A stretch of DNA of 63,256 bases, the filler included, from Sphacelaria rigidula (lineage: Eukaryota), in the NCBI GenBank assembly GCA_964200075.2. It is 10 parts of 10 records of this genome, joined end to end, with 100 filler letters (N's around TTAATTAATTAA, not from the genome) between each part and the next. Parts side by side here need not be neighbours in the genome. Positions count along the whole stretch, not along the records: positions 31,681 to 37,916 come from CAXNAA020021323.1; positions 38,017 to 44,251 come from CAXNAA020021324.1; positions 44,352 to 50,586 come from CAXNAA020021325.1; 7 more parts are not named here. One strand, written 5' to 3'. The notes beneath the pieces are model-generated. The model saw nothing but the letters and a program-made list of their open reading frames with translations, was not told where the DNA came from and did no database searches. A program made the translations under genes and the position numbers. Positions 37,004 to 49,563 of the stretch are shown here, piece after piece. Each line of letters begins with the position of its first letter. The stretch's first letter is position 1.

Positions 37004-38016
37004 CTGACACGCCCGCCACCGACATTACATTGGTAAAGAGAGCACGTCAACATAAAACAATAATAACGATACATATAGTTCAAACCTGTCAGAAAAAAAT
37101 ATAGTCCCACAAACGTACATTTTTTCCAACTACGGACGAAATAAAAATATTCAACGTTCGGACGAATCATCGCCGATTCGAATAACCTAAATCCACGATT
37201 TCGTAGGGCTGATAGCTCGAAAAAGAGAAAAAAAAGTCGACCGCTGGTCAAACAGGTCTCCACGCAACTTTCGCGTCATTCCACGTGCCTGGGCTAGGCG
37301 TACCAGTCTTGCAACGTTGAAAACATCGCTCAAGGATTGATTCGTGCGGAACGAATCAATTACACTGAATTCAATTCTTTTCCGGACGAATCGTTGAGTC
37401 GTCCGACCCTTGAAAATAATGTGCAGTACATTTTTTTTCCTCATTCAGCGGCGGTGCCGTGTGTTACCAGGTTGGTCTGCAATTCACTGTGATATGCTTC
37501 GGGATGCTTCGAGATCGGACTAGTGTGCGGAAATAATAGTACTAAAATAAAAATGCTTACATCGGGTTCATTCGGGAGACTGGGAAAGCTGTGGTGTGAA
37601 CAACTTTCAGCCGCTTTCAAGCTGGCCCAGCTCGTACCCGAGTTTTGGGATCGTGGTTGAGTATCTTTTTTCAAAATACCCGAGGGTAGGAAAATACCAG
37701 GGCCCTATACGTTACACCTTTCATGTTTCAGGTCAAAAGTTAAGCTAGGCTAGTACCACGGTGGGGGACGGGGACCACATGGTGGGCTCTGTTCAAAAGT
37801 CAAGTAACATCAGGGCTCCCCACGTGGTCCCCCACCGTATTACTGTGTTGTGTGTTGTGTGTGTTGTCGTCCCATTTATTCTGGGCACCAGTCTGCACCT
37901 TTCGGTGTATGTGGGTNNNNNNNNNNNNNNNNNNNNNNNNNNNNNNNNNNNNNNNNNNNNTTAATTAATTAANNNNNNNNNNNNNNNNNNNNNNNNNNNN
38001 NNNNNNNNNNNNNNNN

Positions 38017-38418
38017 TCCGTCCCGGCTTTGTAGGGATGCGAGGTCAATGGTCTTATGACTATGACATGCATGATCATGAGTACACCCTCCGCCCCCTGG
38101 TGAGACACCCATGAGGCAGTGTGTGTAAGCCGTGAATGTCTCTGGAAGTGGCGATACCAGACAATAAAACAACTCATTGAAGGCTGTCATCTAAATGCGA
38201 GATAATCAGTAGGTAGGCTTCGAGCCGATCAATCTCCGCAGGACGCAGCTCACCCTTCATGCGACCCGCCGAACATACCACAGCGCTTCGCGCTTGGTGA
38301 TTGAGTGCGAGCCTGGTCCGGCGAAAACCCGGCGTGCTCCGTCCCGGCTTTGCAGGGATGCGAGGTCGATGGTCTCATGACTTTGGCGTGCATGATCATG
38401 AGTAACCTCCCCCCCCCC
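38017..38418 (+). mobile_element. Two head-to-tail family A copies (38017-38085, 38098-38405)
   Basis: The second copy starts in the C-run after the first (CCCTCCGCCCCC) and ends at CCTCCCCCCCCCC. Confidence 0.9.
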
Positions 38419-39329
38419 GTATCGTAGGATGACTCTCGTACGATACGCATCAACTATACTAAGAGCAAGTAATATTCAGACGAATCACTATTCGTCCCAC
38501 CCTTCCAATTATGTGTGGCGTTGTGCGCTAGTGTGTGAGTGTCCAACTACACCAAACTTATAAATGGGTCGCCTCGAGCAGAGTTCTGGCAACCTAATGC
38601 TCTGAGACCACGGTTCCTATTCTATGTCGCATTCAATCGGAACGCACAACCGCATCAACTCGCGATACGTCTCTTAACTCTCACCAGCAGAATCAAAGAG
38701 CTGTCAACACCTGCTATCCAGGAATGTCTTTCACCGACGTAAACAGGGTCAGTATGAGATTGCGGTATTGGTTGTGCCGGTTCTCCGCCCGACCATTGAA
38801 AAAACAGCTGAAACACACGCGTACAGGAAAGCGCCAATGACCTATAGGCATGCCTGTGCTGTTTCGGTCGTGAGGACATCCAAGAGACCAGACGATGGGC
38901 AATGTCTACAATGACGGACCCAGGTTCGATGTTGGGGCTCCGGAGTTTGACCCCGTAATTGGACGGAAGCTCAATCCCGCAGCTGCGAAGTCTTGTTTAT
39001 AATGGGGACACTGTCGCGGAAAACGCATCGGAGCTGATGCGCGGGTAACTACCAGATTCGACGGACTGGAGCGAGGGGTCGGCGCGGGCTGGGATGGTTG
39101 CACTCTTCCTGCGAGACCGAATACAAAGCATGCACTAAGATAGATAAACAGAGAGTGAGCTCGGAAACCAAAATTATCCCTCGCACGCAAAGGTTGAAAG
39201 GAGTCAAGGACAAATAAAAGAGTAAAACAGAGCCACCTGTATAGATATAGATGAGGCAAGAGCTAAAGCTAAACTCGGTATCGTCGAGTTCACACTGGCG
39301 ACGCACATTGTTCGTACATCATCCCTGAC

Positions 39330-42300
39330 GGGACAGAAGGGCTGGCTACGCTGGGGTAGTTTCGCTCCAGTCCAAAGCGACAGATTGAGACGTCATCATG
39401 GCTGCCGGAGACGCGTTGACAAGGCAAAATCGAGCTCGCTGCCACGGAAAACCCCGTCCTCTGTGGGAGCGGAGGGGACAAGGGAAGGGAAGGGCTGGGC
39501 ATGGGGTTGGGTCGGCGGTCGAATGACAATCGCCGACAATGCTGCGTGGACACAGGTGTTCACCAGCGAGCGCCTCATGTTGACGACTTTCGGCCTTGCG
39601 GGGAAAACGAAGACTGACGTTTATGGTTGCCTGTGCCCAACACCCGCATGAATCAAGCCTAGAGAGGGATCTGTCCTGGACCGAGTTGGACAGCACTGTA
39701 AGCCGAACTAATCAAAAACGACCACTTGTTTGTTGAGATGGGCGCTACCGGTAGGACGGGGGCAAGAGCAGACGAGGATGATGGTGCAGTAGCACGGGCA
39801 TGCGGAAGGGACTCCCGGACCAGCGGCAACGATGACCCTGCGTTGCCATGACTCCCAGGTGACCACAGGCCTGCCCCGGTAAGTGTGCTTTCTTCTCCCC
39901 CGAGAGAGGCACATCGCGTACGATCAACGAATATTGCAGGCCGTCTAGCGGACAGAAAAAGTATTGACTACACCGTCATACGGCACGAGCCCACCTCCGC
40001 TTTTCAACATGTCGCTGTACACCCCCAACTGCCCAACTCGCCTGACGCAGGCCACAACATCGCGGGCGCTACGGCGCGGCCCCTTGGTAGATCGCTTGCA
40101 ACCGACAACGACCAGCCCCCAGTGGAGCAAAGGCACACACAGGGGAGCAGTAGCATTTTATATCGGCAAACGTAAGAAAGTCATACACGTTATCGTCAGC
40201 GAGCTCACGCAGGGCAAACCCCCGTGGAGTGTCAGTAAATTGACTGGAAACTTTGTCGACATACTGGTGAGATTCGCGTAGGAGATGGTGCCATGGCCCA
40301 CCCGACGCCCTGTGTACAAGGGTGGCTGGAGGATGCTGGGATCCGAGTCGAGTTTTAGGAGACCTAGAATGAGCGGGAGAGGACTGCGTCGGCGTCGCGA
40401 GGAGGGCTGAGAGATAGCCAGCCCCGCATGGCGCACCCAAGCGTGAGCCGGGCGCAAGGAGATGGTCGAAGCTGGGTTGGACAGGTACCTGGACGCGAAT
40501 GCGATGAAACCGGAGGAGTACATTAGAACTGGTAACATGAACGGCTGGTGTGGGTATCTGAAATTGGATAAAAAATCAGGGAAAAAAACAGCCAAAGAGC
40601 GAACAGTACACACATCAAGGATGAGAAGGGGGAAACTGCTTCGACGTGGGACTTCAGTCCATGATGAATGAAAACGGCCTTTCCCTACTTCGCCGAATAC
40701 AACATCGGCAACTCTTAGTCCAACCGTTATCGAGAGTATATCCGCTGCTGGAAGGCGTATGGGTTCGACGTCCGCCAACTCTTGCTGGAACAGAAGAGGC
40801 GCCGCCAGCCATGGCTAACGGCGAAGCGATGGGACGGGCGGACTACCTGCTGAACTCCTCAAGCTAAGATTTCGTCGGAGAGCCGTCGGGAACCCCGAAC
40901 CACTTTCAGAGCATAACCGGTGCTGTTTAGACGTCTGGTGAAGAGCTGAAAAAGTGGAACGACGCCACTATTACAGTTCTACAGTACACAAGACAAGGAT
41001 AGGACGGTGAAGTGACTATTCGAGCACTCCCCTAGGGGCTTTTACTTCGAGGAATCTGCGAATATTCATCCCTGGGGGTGTACTCACGGCATGCATGATC
41101 ATGAGTACGCCCCTAGGGGTGCAAGTTAGCAGATTTCTCGAAGATGGAGCCAGCAGACTCGGTATTTTGAGTGAAGAGGCTACCATTCCCCGCGACGAAC
41201 AGGGCAGTACCGTGAACCAACGATCGGCAACCGATATTTGTGTTCGCAGGGCGCCGACTGAAGAAGTTGAGACAGCGAAACGATGTCCCAGTAAGGACGT
41301 GCTTCGTCGAGTACATGCTTTGTCACCCTTTCTAGAGGGCGCAGGAGTGCATAGACCGCACGCACTCGTGGGAAGTACTTGCCCATTCTGAACACCCCGC
41401 GGCGGATGATCAAAGTCCTTCCCATGTTAGACGATGGCATGCTAGCTTGGGTACAGCTGGTTGATGGCGAACCATCAGGATGATTTCAGGTCGACCAGGG
41501 AATCAAGCAGGGAGGTGCTTCGTCCTCGCCACCGCTCAACATGTTCGGCATGGCACTCGCTGGCGTGATTTTACAACGTTTCTCAGCAGACCCGACCGTG
41601 GTTGCGGGCTTATTAATAGCATATCTCGATGATGCGCCGAAGACTGGGGATGGTCACACCAAACAAGAGACTTCGGCGAAGGGGATACGACGCCGGCGGG
41701 GGATACTATACGTGGATGACGCAGGCGTCGTCTCGACGTCGTCGGGCAAGCTTTCTCCGATGACGGCTGTGATAGTGGGAGTCCGTCAGTAGTTTGTACT
41801 GAAGATGTCTCAGAGCAAGATAGAGGCCATGCACCCGTGGTCAGTACTTAGCTCCCCAGGGACCGCGCTGCACACCAAGGCGTCAAGCAAACCGTATATG
41901 AAGACGGCCGACTTTTTCCCATCTTGGGTGGTGCTATCAGGCTAGAAGCGAATACTTCCATCAGAATCACGCACCGCACCAACGCTGCGTGGGCATATAT
42001 TCGTGAGTATAGCTCCCAACTCTACGGTCCACTAAATGCTCTGTTGTCGCGCGCAATCGGATTCTCGAAGCGGGAGTGGGTTGTCAAAGCGGGAGAGGTG
42101 AAAGCTGTGCTGTGCGGGTGTGGTACGCCGGCGCTGCCCCAGAGGACTTCGAGCACCTGCGAACTGCCTGCCACACGTCTTCACTGTGAAGAGCTGGCCT
42201 CCGCGACAGTACCGCAGTAGACACGTTCCATGCAAGCATGTTCACCAAATGATCACATGCGAACGGATCGAGACGGTCATCCGCAAGCCTCAATGCTTGG

Positions 42301-42550
42301 GTTGCGGGGGGCCTTGTCCGGCTAGACGAAATACGTCGATCATATAGCATCACGTCGCGACGGTTGGCCGCACAAAGATTTAAGGAGGCTGGCTGGCCTT
42401 CGAAATACTTGTGGGTCGCCTTCAGGAGGCGCCCCCTCAAGCAGCACCTACGTCCCCAAGGGGCTATCCCACGCTAGTAAAAACAAAGACAGTGGTTCGT
42501 CCACGGTATGGAGGTCAACAACTCGCGAGATAGGGTCGCTGCCACTTGCA
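39330..42550 (+). mobile_element. Decayed RTE-clade LINE (AP endonuclease plus reverse transcriptase)
   Basis: Endonuclease-like WTQVFTSERLMLTTFGLAGK..CPT and SIDY; RT-like MANGEAMG, EQG..QRSATD, QGIKQG, LNMF and GILYVDDAGVVS; many frameshifts. Confidence 0.88.
41039..41109 (+). mobile_element. 71-bp family A insertion with perfect 10-bp TSD CCCCTAGGGG
   Basis: TSD at 41029-41038 and 41110-41119; ends GGCATGCATGATCATGAGTACG. Confidence 0.85.
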
Positions 42551-42709
42551 ATGCGGGAAAATGACACCTAGGGGCTGACAAGGGCGCGGGGGTTGTCGAG
42601 GAAGCCTGTCAACGCAAGACCTGCGTCAATCCGACGTACGGTATATGACACACGAGAGGTTGCTTAGAGTCGCCGCTTGCAGAGCCGTCACCTTTTCAGT
42701 CAAAACAAA

Positions 42710-43300
42710 CTCCATGGCAGGGTCAAGTGAATGGAGTGAGGGTCGTGCGAGAGTCCGGGGTCGTAGATACCAATGGCGTCCTCGATAGTGATGATTCCCA
42801 TAATTCAAGGCAGGAATCCAGAGCAAATATCAGGACAGTAGAGCGACGAAGTGCTGGAGTTCGACGGGACAGCCAGTACATCGGGGTTCAAGCCGGACCG
42901 GAGGGAGGAGCTCGCGACGCGGGGGAACAACGGAGCCAGAGACGACGGAGCTGGGGGCTTCCAAAGCAGCAACCGCTCGCGAGACAGCCAATGTGAAAGC
43001 GATCGATAGAGTAGCCCGCTTGCTGGGTTTGTAGGAACTTAATTAATACATGGCATTCAGCACAGCAATCAGGAGAACCCCGACGCAGTTACCACAGGAA
43101 TACTCGTTGCTTGCCACGGATATCGACAAGTCAAATCGGAAGCCTCGACACGCCGAGCCCCAAACGAAGCATTTACTCACTGAAGTCCGGTGCCCAGAAG
43201 GGTCAAACCATGTTGTGCCTAAGCATGACCGCTCCGAGACGAGGAGCTGACAGTCGCAAGGCTTGAAAACGATATATAAGCGTAGGCGTAGATGCCTCCA
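42710..43300 (+). mobile_element. Copia gag 5' remnant homologous to 23930-24150
   Basis: MNGVRVVRESGVVDTNGVLDS..TVERRSAGVRRDSQYIG aligns with MNDMRVVREARGAETNGVLDS..TVERRSAGARRDRQHIG; downstream LPQEYSLL is gag-like. Confidence 0.75.
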
Positions 43301-44074
43301 TACATGGGAATGAGCGCCGATGATATTACCGATACCGAAAAAACATATCAAAGGTCCGGCTCCGTGTAGATGAAAAAAAAAGCGGGGAATTTTCGCTTTT
43401 GGTCGTTATACCACTGGAGGACTTTCAAGGAGTCAGAAAATGTTATTACCTTTGCGAAAATTTCCTCTATTCTTGGAAAATTCAAACGTGCTTTGTGGAG
43501 TACATGGCCAGCACGCCCCGATCGCTAGCGTGGCCTCCTCGCGGACTATACGCGAATATTCAAAGCGGTAGAGCTTACCCACACGGAGTCTGTGCCTTGG
43601 TTGATCCAATGTACCCACTCTGCTGTGTGGGGAAGCATTGTGGGTGTTGTCTTCATCCGTATGAAAGGCTTGTACTTTCCGCTAAGACATCATGGGCAAA
43701 AAATGACGTATCCGTGTCCAACCCATCAAATGAACACCCTAGACAGTGGAGAAGAAAGTCGAACGGCCGAGAGGGCAGGATCACCCACTGAAACGCGACA
43801 CGCGATTTGCCCTATTTTATTTTCGAACGTCGGGATGCGTGAGCATTCACATTTGCTGGAAAGCCTGTGGCATGCACACACATCTCTTTGCTTCGCTTTG
43901 AGTGCTAACCAACATATACTGAAAACGAGGCATCGAAAAATAGACAGTTTGAATGGGCTCCGACCGTTTTTTTTGCCTTACTTGTCTCCGCGTCAGAGAG
44001 AGGGGAAACTCCTCCGTCTAAGTCCTCGACAACATTCATACAACTTGTGGTACGTCTTGTCCTTTATTAATTAT

Positions 44075-44175
44075 TTTCATTCTTTACTATTTTCTTTATT
44101 TGTCGCACTTTGGACCCCTCCCCTTCTTCGGGACGCGTCCGCGGTCTCAAGGGATCAACCCGTCTCCCCCCGCTA
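44075..44175 (-). mobile_element. SINE-2-type 3' tail; another on + at ~44750-44835
   Basis: GAGACC(A/G)CGGACGCGTCCCGA...AGTGCGACAAATAAA. Confidence 0.75.
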
Positions 44176-44351
44176 TTCCCGGACATCGACATGAAATTGA
44201 GAAGCTAACCCTCCTTTTTCTTTAACCTACTATAATACAGCCCGGACATAGNNNNNNNNNNNNNNNNNNNNNNNNNNNNNNNNNNNNNNNNNNNNTTAAT
44301 TAATTAANNNNNNNNNNNNNNNNNNNNNNNNNNNNNNNNNNNNNNNNNNNN

Positions 44352-44500
44352 TATTGATCGCAGATGATTTTTCTTTCACTATTTGTCAAGAGATATAAAA
44401 TATCTCCGGATGCCCATTTTTTGGCATCCAACAGTCACCGTGATGAACGGTGACTAGCAAAACGAATTAGGACAATCTTTGAGAATCTCACAACTTACGG
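44352..44500. repeat. Interspersed repeat, reverse-complement copy at ~57083-57229
   Basis: TATCTCCGGATGC..TTTTTGGCATCCAACAGTCACC versus GGTGACCGTTGGATGCAAAAAAATTGCGTCCGGAGATA. Confidence 0.75.
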
Positions 44501-45826
44501 ATTCTGCATACTTATGACGCTGACTACTGTAGTGCAGCAGTTAGTCTGCTGCGGCTCTATCGAATTATGTTGATGTTGTCGCGTACACGGGAAAACATGC
44601 TTTTCCATACGTGAAACGAGAATGAGCGAGTTTCGTGGGAGGATTGGACTGGTACGGCGGCCCTCCACTTTCGCCGTAGGGAGGATGAAGAATTCCTGCG
44701 TTTTTTTTGTTTTCGTGCCTGGAAGATAGGTAAAAACCTTGACCGTGCACTTACCGCGGAGAGATGGGTTGATCCCTCGAGACCACGGACGCGTCCCGAG
44801 GAAGGGGGGGGGTTCAGAGTGCGACAAATAAATATTAGGATGAAAACAAACTAATGCTACGTTGTAATCCCCTTTTGCTAGTTTCGCGCAGCGCATTCGA
44901 ATGCGCCCCGCCTCGCCTCCACTTCGAAGCCAGCAAGGTGGTCCGGTGTATGGGTAGGCACTACGGTGGGGATGCCCCCCCCCCACCCAGGTAGTCTCGG
45001 ACTTGAAGTAATCCCTCTTCCTCAACTAGGTAGGGTCATCCTCACCGAGCAAACGTCCTTTCGATGTTCCCCAGCTCGACTCTGTACACGAGTCACCCTA
45101 CCCATCCGGGCGTTGGTCTTCAACTGGCCAGAACCCGAGGTTTCAAGAAGTTAAGCACGATCAAACATACGCTCGCGACAGGGGTCGGCCGTGACCGCCT
45201 GAACTCAAGTGCGAGCAGAGGAGCAGGAGCTCGGATAGGAAACTTATATTCGCAGTGTTTCCCCTCACGTACATCACCCACATTACGTACACGATTATTA
45301 GACGAGCACGAAAACGGGCTGCACAGCCACCCGATGAAGCAGCCGATGACTTTGTCACACTTGTGCTAGTTCCAGCGAACCAGCCTCAACTTCGCACGGT
45401 ACGGTCAAACACGCTGCCGCAACCTGGCACTAATAAAAACGGGACTTCCCGCATTTGTTTTTCTCTCAACGTTTTTTTCCCCGATCGAAAACAAACGTCA
45501 TTCGGCAAAAGCGATCAAATTTTGCAATTCTCCCAGAGAGGGAGCCTTGGACGCGCCGATTGTTTCACACAGTAATTAAAGACCACACACACAGGCACAA
45601 TTGTGTGGAAGGGAATACAATGCCACACCAAATCAAGGGCACTCCCCCTCTCTTACACCAAAAACACAACCAACACACGCACGAGAGCATCCAAGTGCCA
45701 TTTTGGGATGACAGGCAAAGAAAAAAAACGTAGGATTGAAAAAAAAAAAAAAGAGAAGTTTGGAGTAACATGGAGAGGGTTTGGGATTCTCCCGCAACTA
45801 ATCTATAACACAATCGGTGGTCGATG

Positions 45827-45951
45827 TCAGCGCTCGGCCCTCCTGCTGCTGCTGCTCTTGCTCTTCTTATCCTTCGGTGCCTCTTGGCTACTGGATTTGG
45901 ACGACTTGGAAGACTTCTCTTTCCGTGCCTTAGAAGACGATCCTTCTCCGC
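45827..45951 (-). CDS. AP-3 delta-like adaptin, terminal exon (Lys/Ser-rich, ends RRAER*)
   Basis: GCAG acceptor in phase 1 matching the upstream donor; TGA at 45827-45829. Confidence 0.7.
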
Positions 45952-46009
45952 CTGCTTTCACACAAAGCACGCAAGGCACACACATACATGCCATTATTTA
46001 TTTTTGTGC

Positions 46010-46625
46010 GGGGGTGTGCTCACGATCTTTTGCATGCCGTAGTCATATGGCTATCGGATCTCGCATCCCAACAAAGTCGGGACGGAGCGTGCCGGGTCTT
46101 GGTCGGACCAGGCTCGCAATTACCTTTTCATGTTTTGTGAGCGGGGTGTACTCATGATCATGCATGCCATAGTCAGAGGACCATTGACCTCGCATGCCTA
46201 CAAAGCCGTGACGGAGCACGCCGGATCTCCGCCGCACCAGGCTCGCACTCAATCACCGAGCGTGAAGTGCCGTGGTGTGTTCGGCGAGTCGCATGAAGGG
46301 TGAGCTGCACCCTACTAAGATTATTCGGCCCGAAGCCTACTGATTATTTTGCATTTGGATGACCGCCTACAATTAGGTGCTTCATTTTCTGGTATGGCCA
46401 CTTCCAGACAACCACGGCTTATATGCTGCCTCGTGGGTGTCTCACCATTCAAACGCTACGTAGTACGATCATCCCCATTGCTCGGAGTTGAGGTTCTCCC
46501 ACGCCGCACAGCATGATCTAGCTCGACTACCATCATGGTTACCGCGAAGAAAAATGCAAGCACGCAAAAGACAATTCGGTAACCTGGTTGCCTGGCTTAC
46601 GCAGTGAGTTGCGTGTTTTATAGGG
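46010..46625 (-). mobile_element. Two tandem family A copies (46015-46120, 46147-46623)
   Basis: All three junctions carry a related TTGTG(T/A)G(C/A)GGGG sequence, consistent with repeated insertion at one target. Confidence 0.9.
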
Positions 46626-46790
46626 TTGTGTGAGGGGGGAGTGGGTTCACAACTCTTGTACCCTACCCTTATCCTGTAAGCTCAACGACAAGAACACATA
46701 AAAAAACTTTGGAATTCCAAGAGCGCTCCTCCCGCCCTCCGGCGTCCCTCCCTGCCCTGACTTCCCACACCTCCCCGGCCCGCAACTCAC

Positions 46791-47373
46791 CGCCTTTTCG
46801 ACGCCCGCTCCCTCCAGCTCCCCCACCAATTCCGCCTATTTCATCAAACCCAGGTATCATCGATCTATCACCCGTACTGCCAACACCGCCACCGCCACCA
46901 AGCCCCACAGTCTGTGGTTGCTGCTGCTGCTGTTGATGCGGTATGGCCGCCTCCGACAATATCCTGGACAAATCGCTTTCCCAGCCAGCCCCCTGCAAAG
47001 CAAGAGACGCCGACGATGGAGGGGGTGGTGGTCTCATGGCAATGCCCGCCGCCTGCGCCGCACCCCCGGCGCTCGCACCAGAGTGCAATAGAGAAGGTTG
47101 GGCAGAACTTGTGCTGGGTGGCAAGGATAGGAGGTCGGCTACTTGGGCCGGAGCCGCGGCGGAGGGGGCGGGTGCAGCGCGGCTGTCGCCGCTAGCGTGC
47201 GAGCGCTTAGATTTGCGCGAGCTGGTCTTGTCTTTGCTGCCTTTGCTGCTGTGCTTGTCCTTCTTGCGGCGCGACGAAGATCCGTTCTTTCTCGTGTGGT
47301 CGTCACCCGGGGAAGCGGGAGTGGTTGCGGAAGCGACGGCGGCAGCAGCGGTTGCTGTCGCTGCCGTTTGCAT
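46791..47373 (-). CDS. AP-3 delta-like adaptin, low-complexity hinge exon
   Basis: AACAG acceptor, G|GTGAGT donor, 583 nt open; basic cluster and a DLL motif. Confidence 0.75.
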
Positions 47374-48273
47374 CTGTTCGTGCGTACAGTGTTTTCAAGG
47401 CAAGGAGAGGACAAAACAAGCATCCGCCCTGTGAAGATAACGTTCTTGAAGTTCCAGCGGTTCCGTCCCTCAGTAGTCGATACTATAATACAGGGCTTAC
47501 CCCCTCCGGCGAGATCAAGCGATGATTGAGCACACACACTTGGTTTTAGTGCAGACCATCACCTTCGGATACCTACTGGGGTCACAGTCCCAAGCGCTTG
47601 CTCGGCGTGCGCGCAACATGCATAGCACACGTTTGGTTCAAATCGGTGCCTCAGGCATAGATTTTGACCTAAAACACAGCACAATTTGCCTAGAGCAGAC
47701 TCCACGCACTTCCCTTACCCGAGGGTTCTCGGCCTGCTTCGGATTGGGGCTAGGGCGAAGGGTTGGCGTTATATGGCTGAAACAAGAACAGAAAAAAAAG
47801 TGTTGAATCATCGTTCATAAGCGAAGAAACCGGGGGTGAACCCACCTCGCTCCCGTACTTTCGATCCCCCAAGACAACCTACTACAAAGATCATTCCCAC
47901 AACCAACAGCTGACTAGCGGTATGGTCCCCTCAACAATAGATTAACTCCCTCGGAACCTATCGACTTCTGTGTCTCCACTCTGTATCGACCAGCCCCGAC
48001 GCTACAAGCTAGATACAGGACCCGACACAAACACCCGTGGTCGCCACTCTTCCGTGGGAGCCGACTGCTCTTGGTGCGTTTTTTTTCACCGAATCGGAGC
48101 ACTTTTGAGCCCTGCTTACTACGGCTGCTGTTTGGTCGTTGGGTGTGAAGGGGCACAAAAGGGTATGTGTACATATACTCCGTGGTACATGTTGGAAGAC
48201 GGCGGGCAGAACGAATGCTTGCCTTGAAACCACGTACGCATCTTCACCAAGTTTTCTGTTTCCCCATCAACAA

Positions 48274-48510
48274 GCCGGTCGCCCAGGTGGCTCAGCTAGT
48301 AACCATAAAACCTTCTGACGGTTGGGACATGGGTTCGAATCTCGGTGAAGTCACACGACCTGGGATCCTTCCTCACATCATGCCCAACAGTGGAGAGCGA
48401 CTTTGCCGTGGGCACACAGAATTCGACTTGGATGGTCGACGAGGGGAAGGGACTGCTCAACCCTTCTCGCGATGAAAAATAAAGGCGAGCACCGCAGAAG
48501 GAAGGTGGGG
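48274..48510 (+). mobile_element. tRNA-headed SINE family 1, 3' end lost at a (TCAA)n-element junction
   Basis: A box GGTGGCTCAGCTAGT, B box GGGTTCGAATCTC (48331-48343). Confidence 0.88.
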
Positions 48511-48598
48511 GTACTGATTGATTGATTGCTTGTCGTACTTTAACTGACCCCCCAGGGGTACAGCCGTGGTCACATGATAGTACTCGAAAAGGACGTAC

Positions 48599-48775
48599 CT
48601 CGTATGGCTTAGCCACATGCAACTCCTCGTCACTGCCCAACGGCTTGGTCAAGTCCACGGCCGCCAGCGCCATGTCGGAAGACCTTCTTGACTTTGACGG
48701 CCGCTGCGGCGGCACGGTGGAAGCCACGACTTCTTCATCTTCGCTACTCGCGATCGCCGCACGAGCTGGCACAAT
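48599..48775 (-). CDS. AP-3 complex subunit delta-like exon
   Basis: VPARAAIASSEDEE...ALAAVDLTKPLGSDEELHV resembles the delta-adaptin hinge motif (MPE.A..SDE...ALDIDLDKPL...EKLP); CATAG acceptor, GAG|GTACGT donor, 177 nt. Confidence 0.65.
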
Positions 48776-48888
48776 CTATGCACACATACACATCAGATTA
48801 TATTTGGATGATGCATTTATATCCACCGATCGAATCAAATCCGATTAAAACGAAGGGCACAACAGGGTGCACGCGATGGGAAGGAGAC

Positions 48889-48956
48889 GGGGGGGGGTTA
48901 CTCATTTGTTGCTTGCTCTAGTTATTCGATCACTGACTATACATCCCTTTCGAGAC
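48889..48956 (-). mobile_element. Family B 3' tail fragment against a G9 run
   Basis: TACTCATTTGTTGCTTGC...CATCCCTTTCGAGAC matches 61114-61192. Confidence 0.8.
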
Positions 48957-49302
48957 ACACACACACACCAGTGTTATTCCTTCGCCATAATGTGGAGGCG
49001 GTGTTTTTGCAGCTTAGGCGGGAAGAGAATCCGCACCCCGCGTCAGATTACGCCGAAACTTGAAGAATGTGTAGATTGGTATTCGAGGAAGGTGTCACAG
49101 TCACAGCTGCGGCAGGGGAAGTCGCTGACGGGCCGGTCTGCATCAATACGGTGGATAACCACGATGCGTGGGATTTCATTTTTTTCAACACCCTGCTGTC
49201 TGATGACGATTTTAGTGGGTACAATGACAGTTGAGCACGGAGGCTGCGACGGACCCTGCCGGCCTCATCATCGATCTTCGCCAAGTTATGAATGAACGCT
49301 CG

Positions 49303-49563
49303 AAGAAATCCAGCAAACGAGCATCGCTGATGGTCCGCTTTATATGTGAGGGTTGGGAGATAAACGTTTCCGCTCAAAAAAAGTCGAGAGTCGAAGGTTA
49401 ATTTCCTGTGGCACGACCAGTGGGTAGTGCTCTCCAAGAAATCCAGCAAACGAGCATCGCTGATGGCCCGCTATATATGTGAGGGTTGGGAGATGAACGT
49501 TTCCGCTCCAAAAAAGTCGAGAGTCAAAGGTCAAGTTCCTGTCGCGCGACCAGTGGGTAGTGC
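49303..49563. repeat. 133-bp tandem duplication (2 units)
   Basis: AAGAAATCCAGCAAACGAGCATCGCTGATGG at 49303 and 49436. Confidence 0.92.

Noticed and set aside
48274..48350. tRNA genes at A/B-box sequences (also 18031, 15380-15452, 11420-11507, 13180-13257)
   Set aside because: No clean cloverleaf or anticodon arm, and each continues into a shared repeat body and tail, so these are SINE heads.
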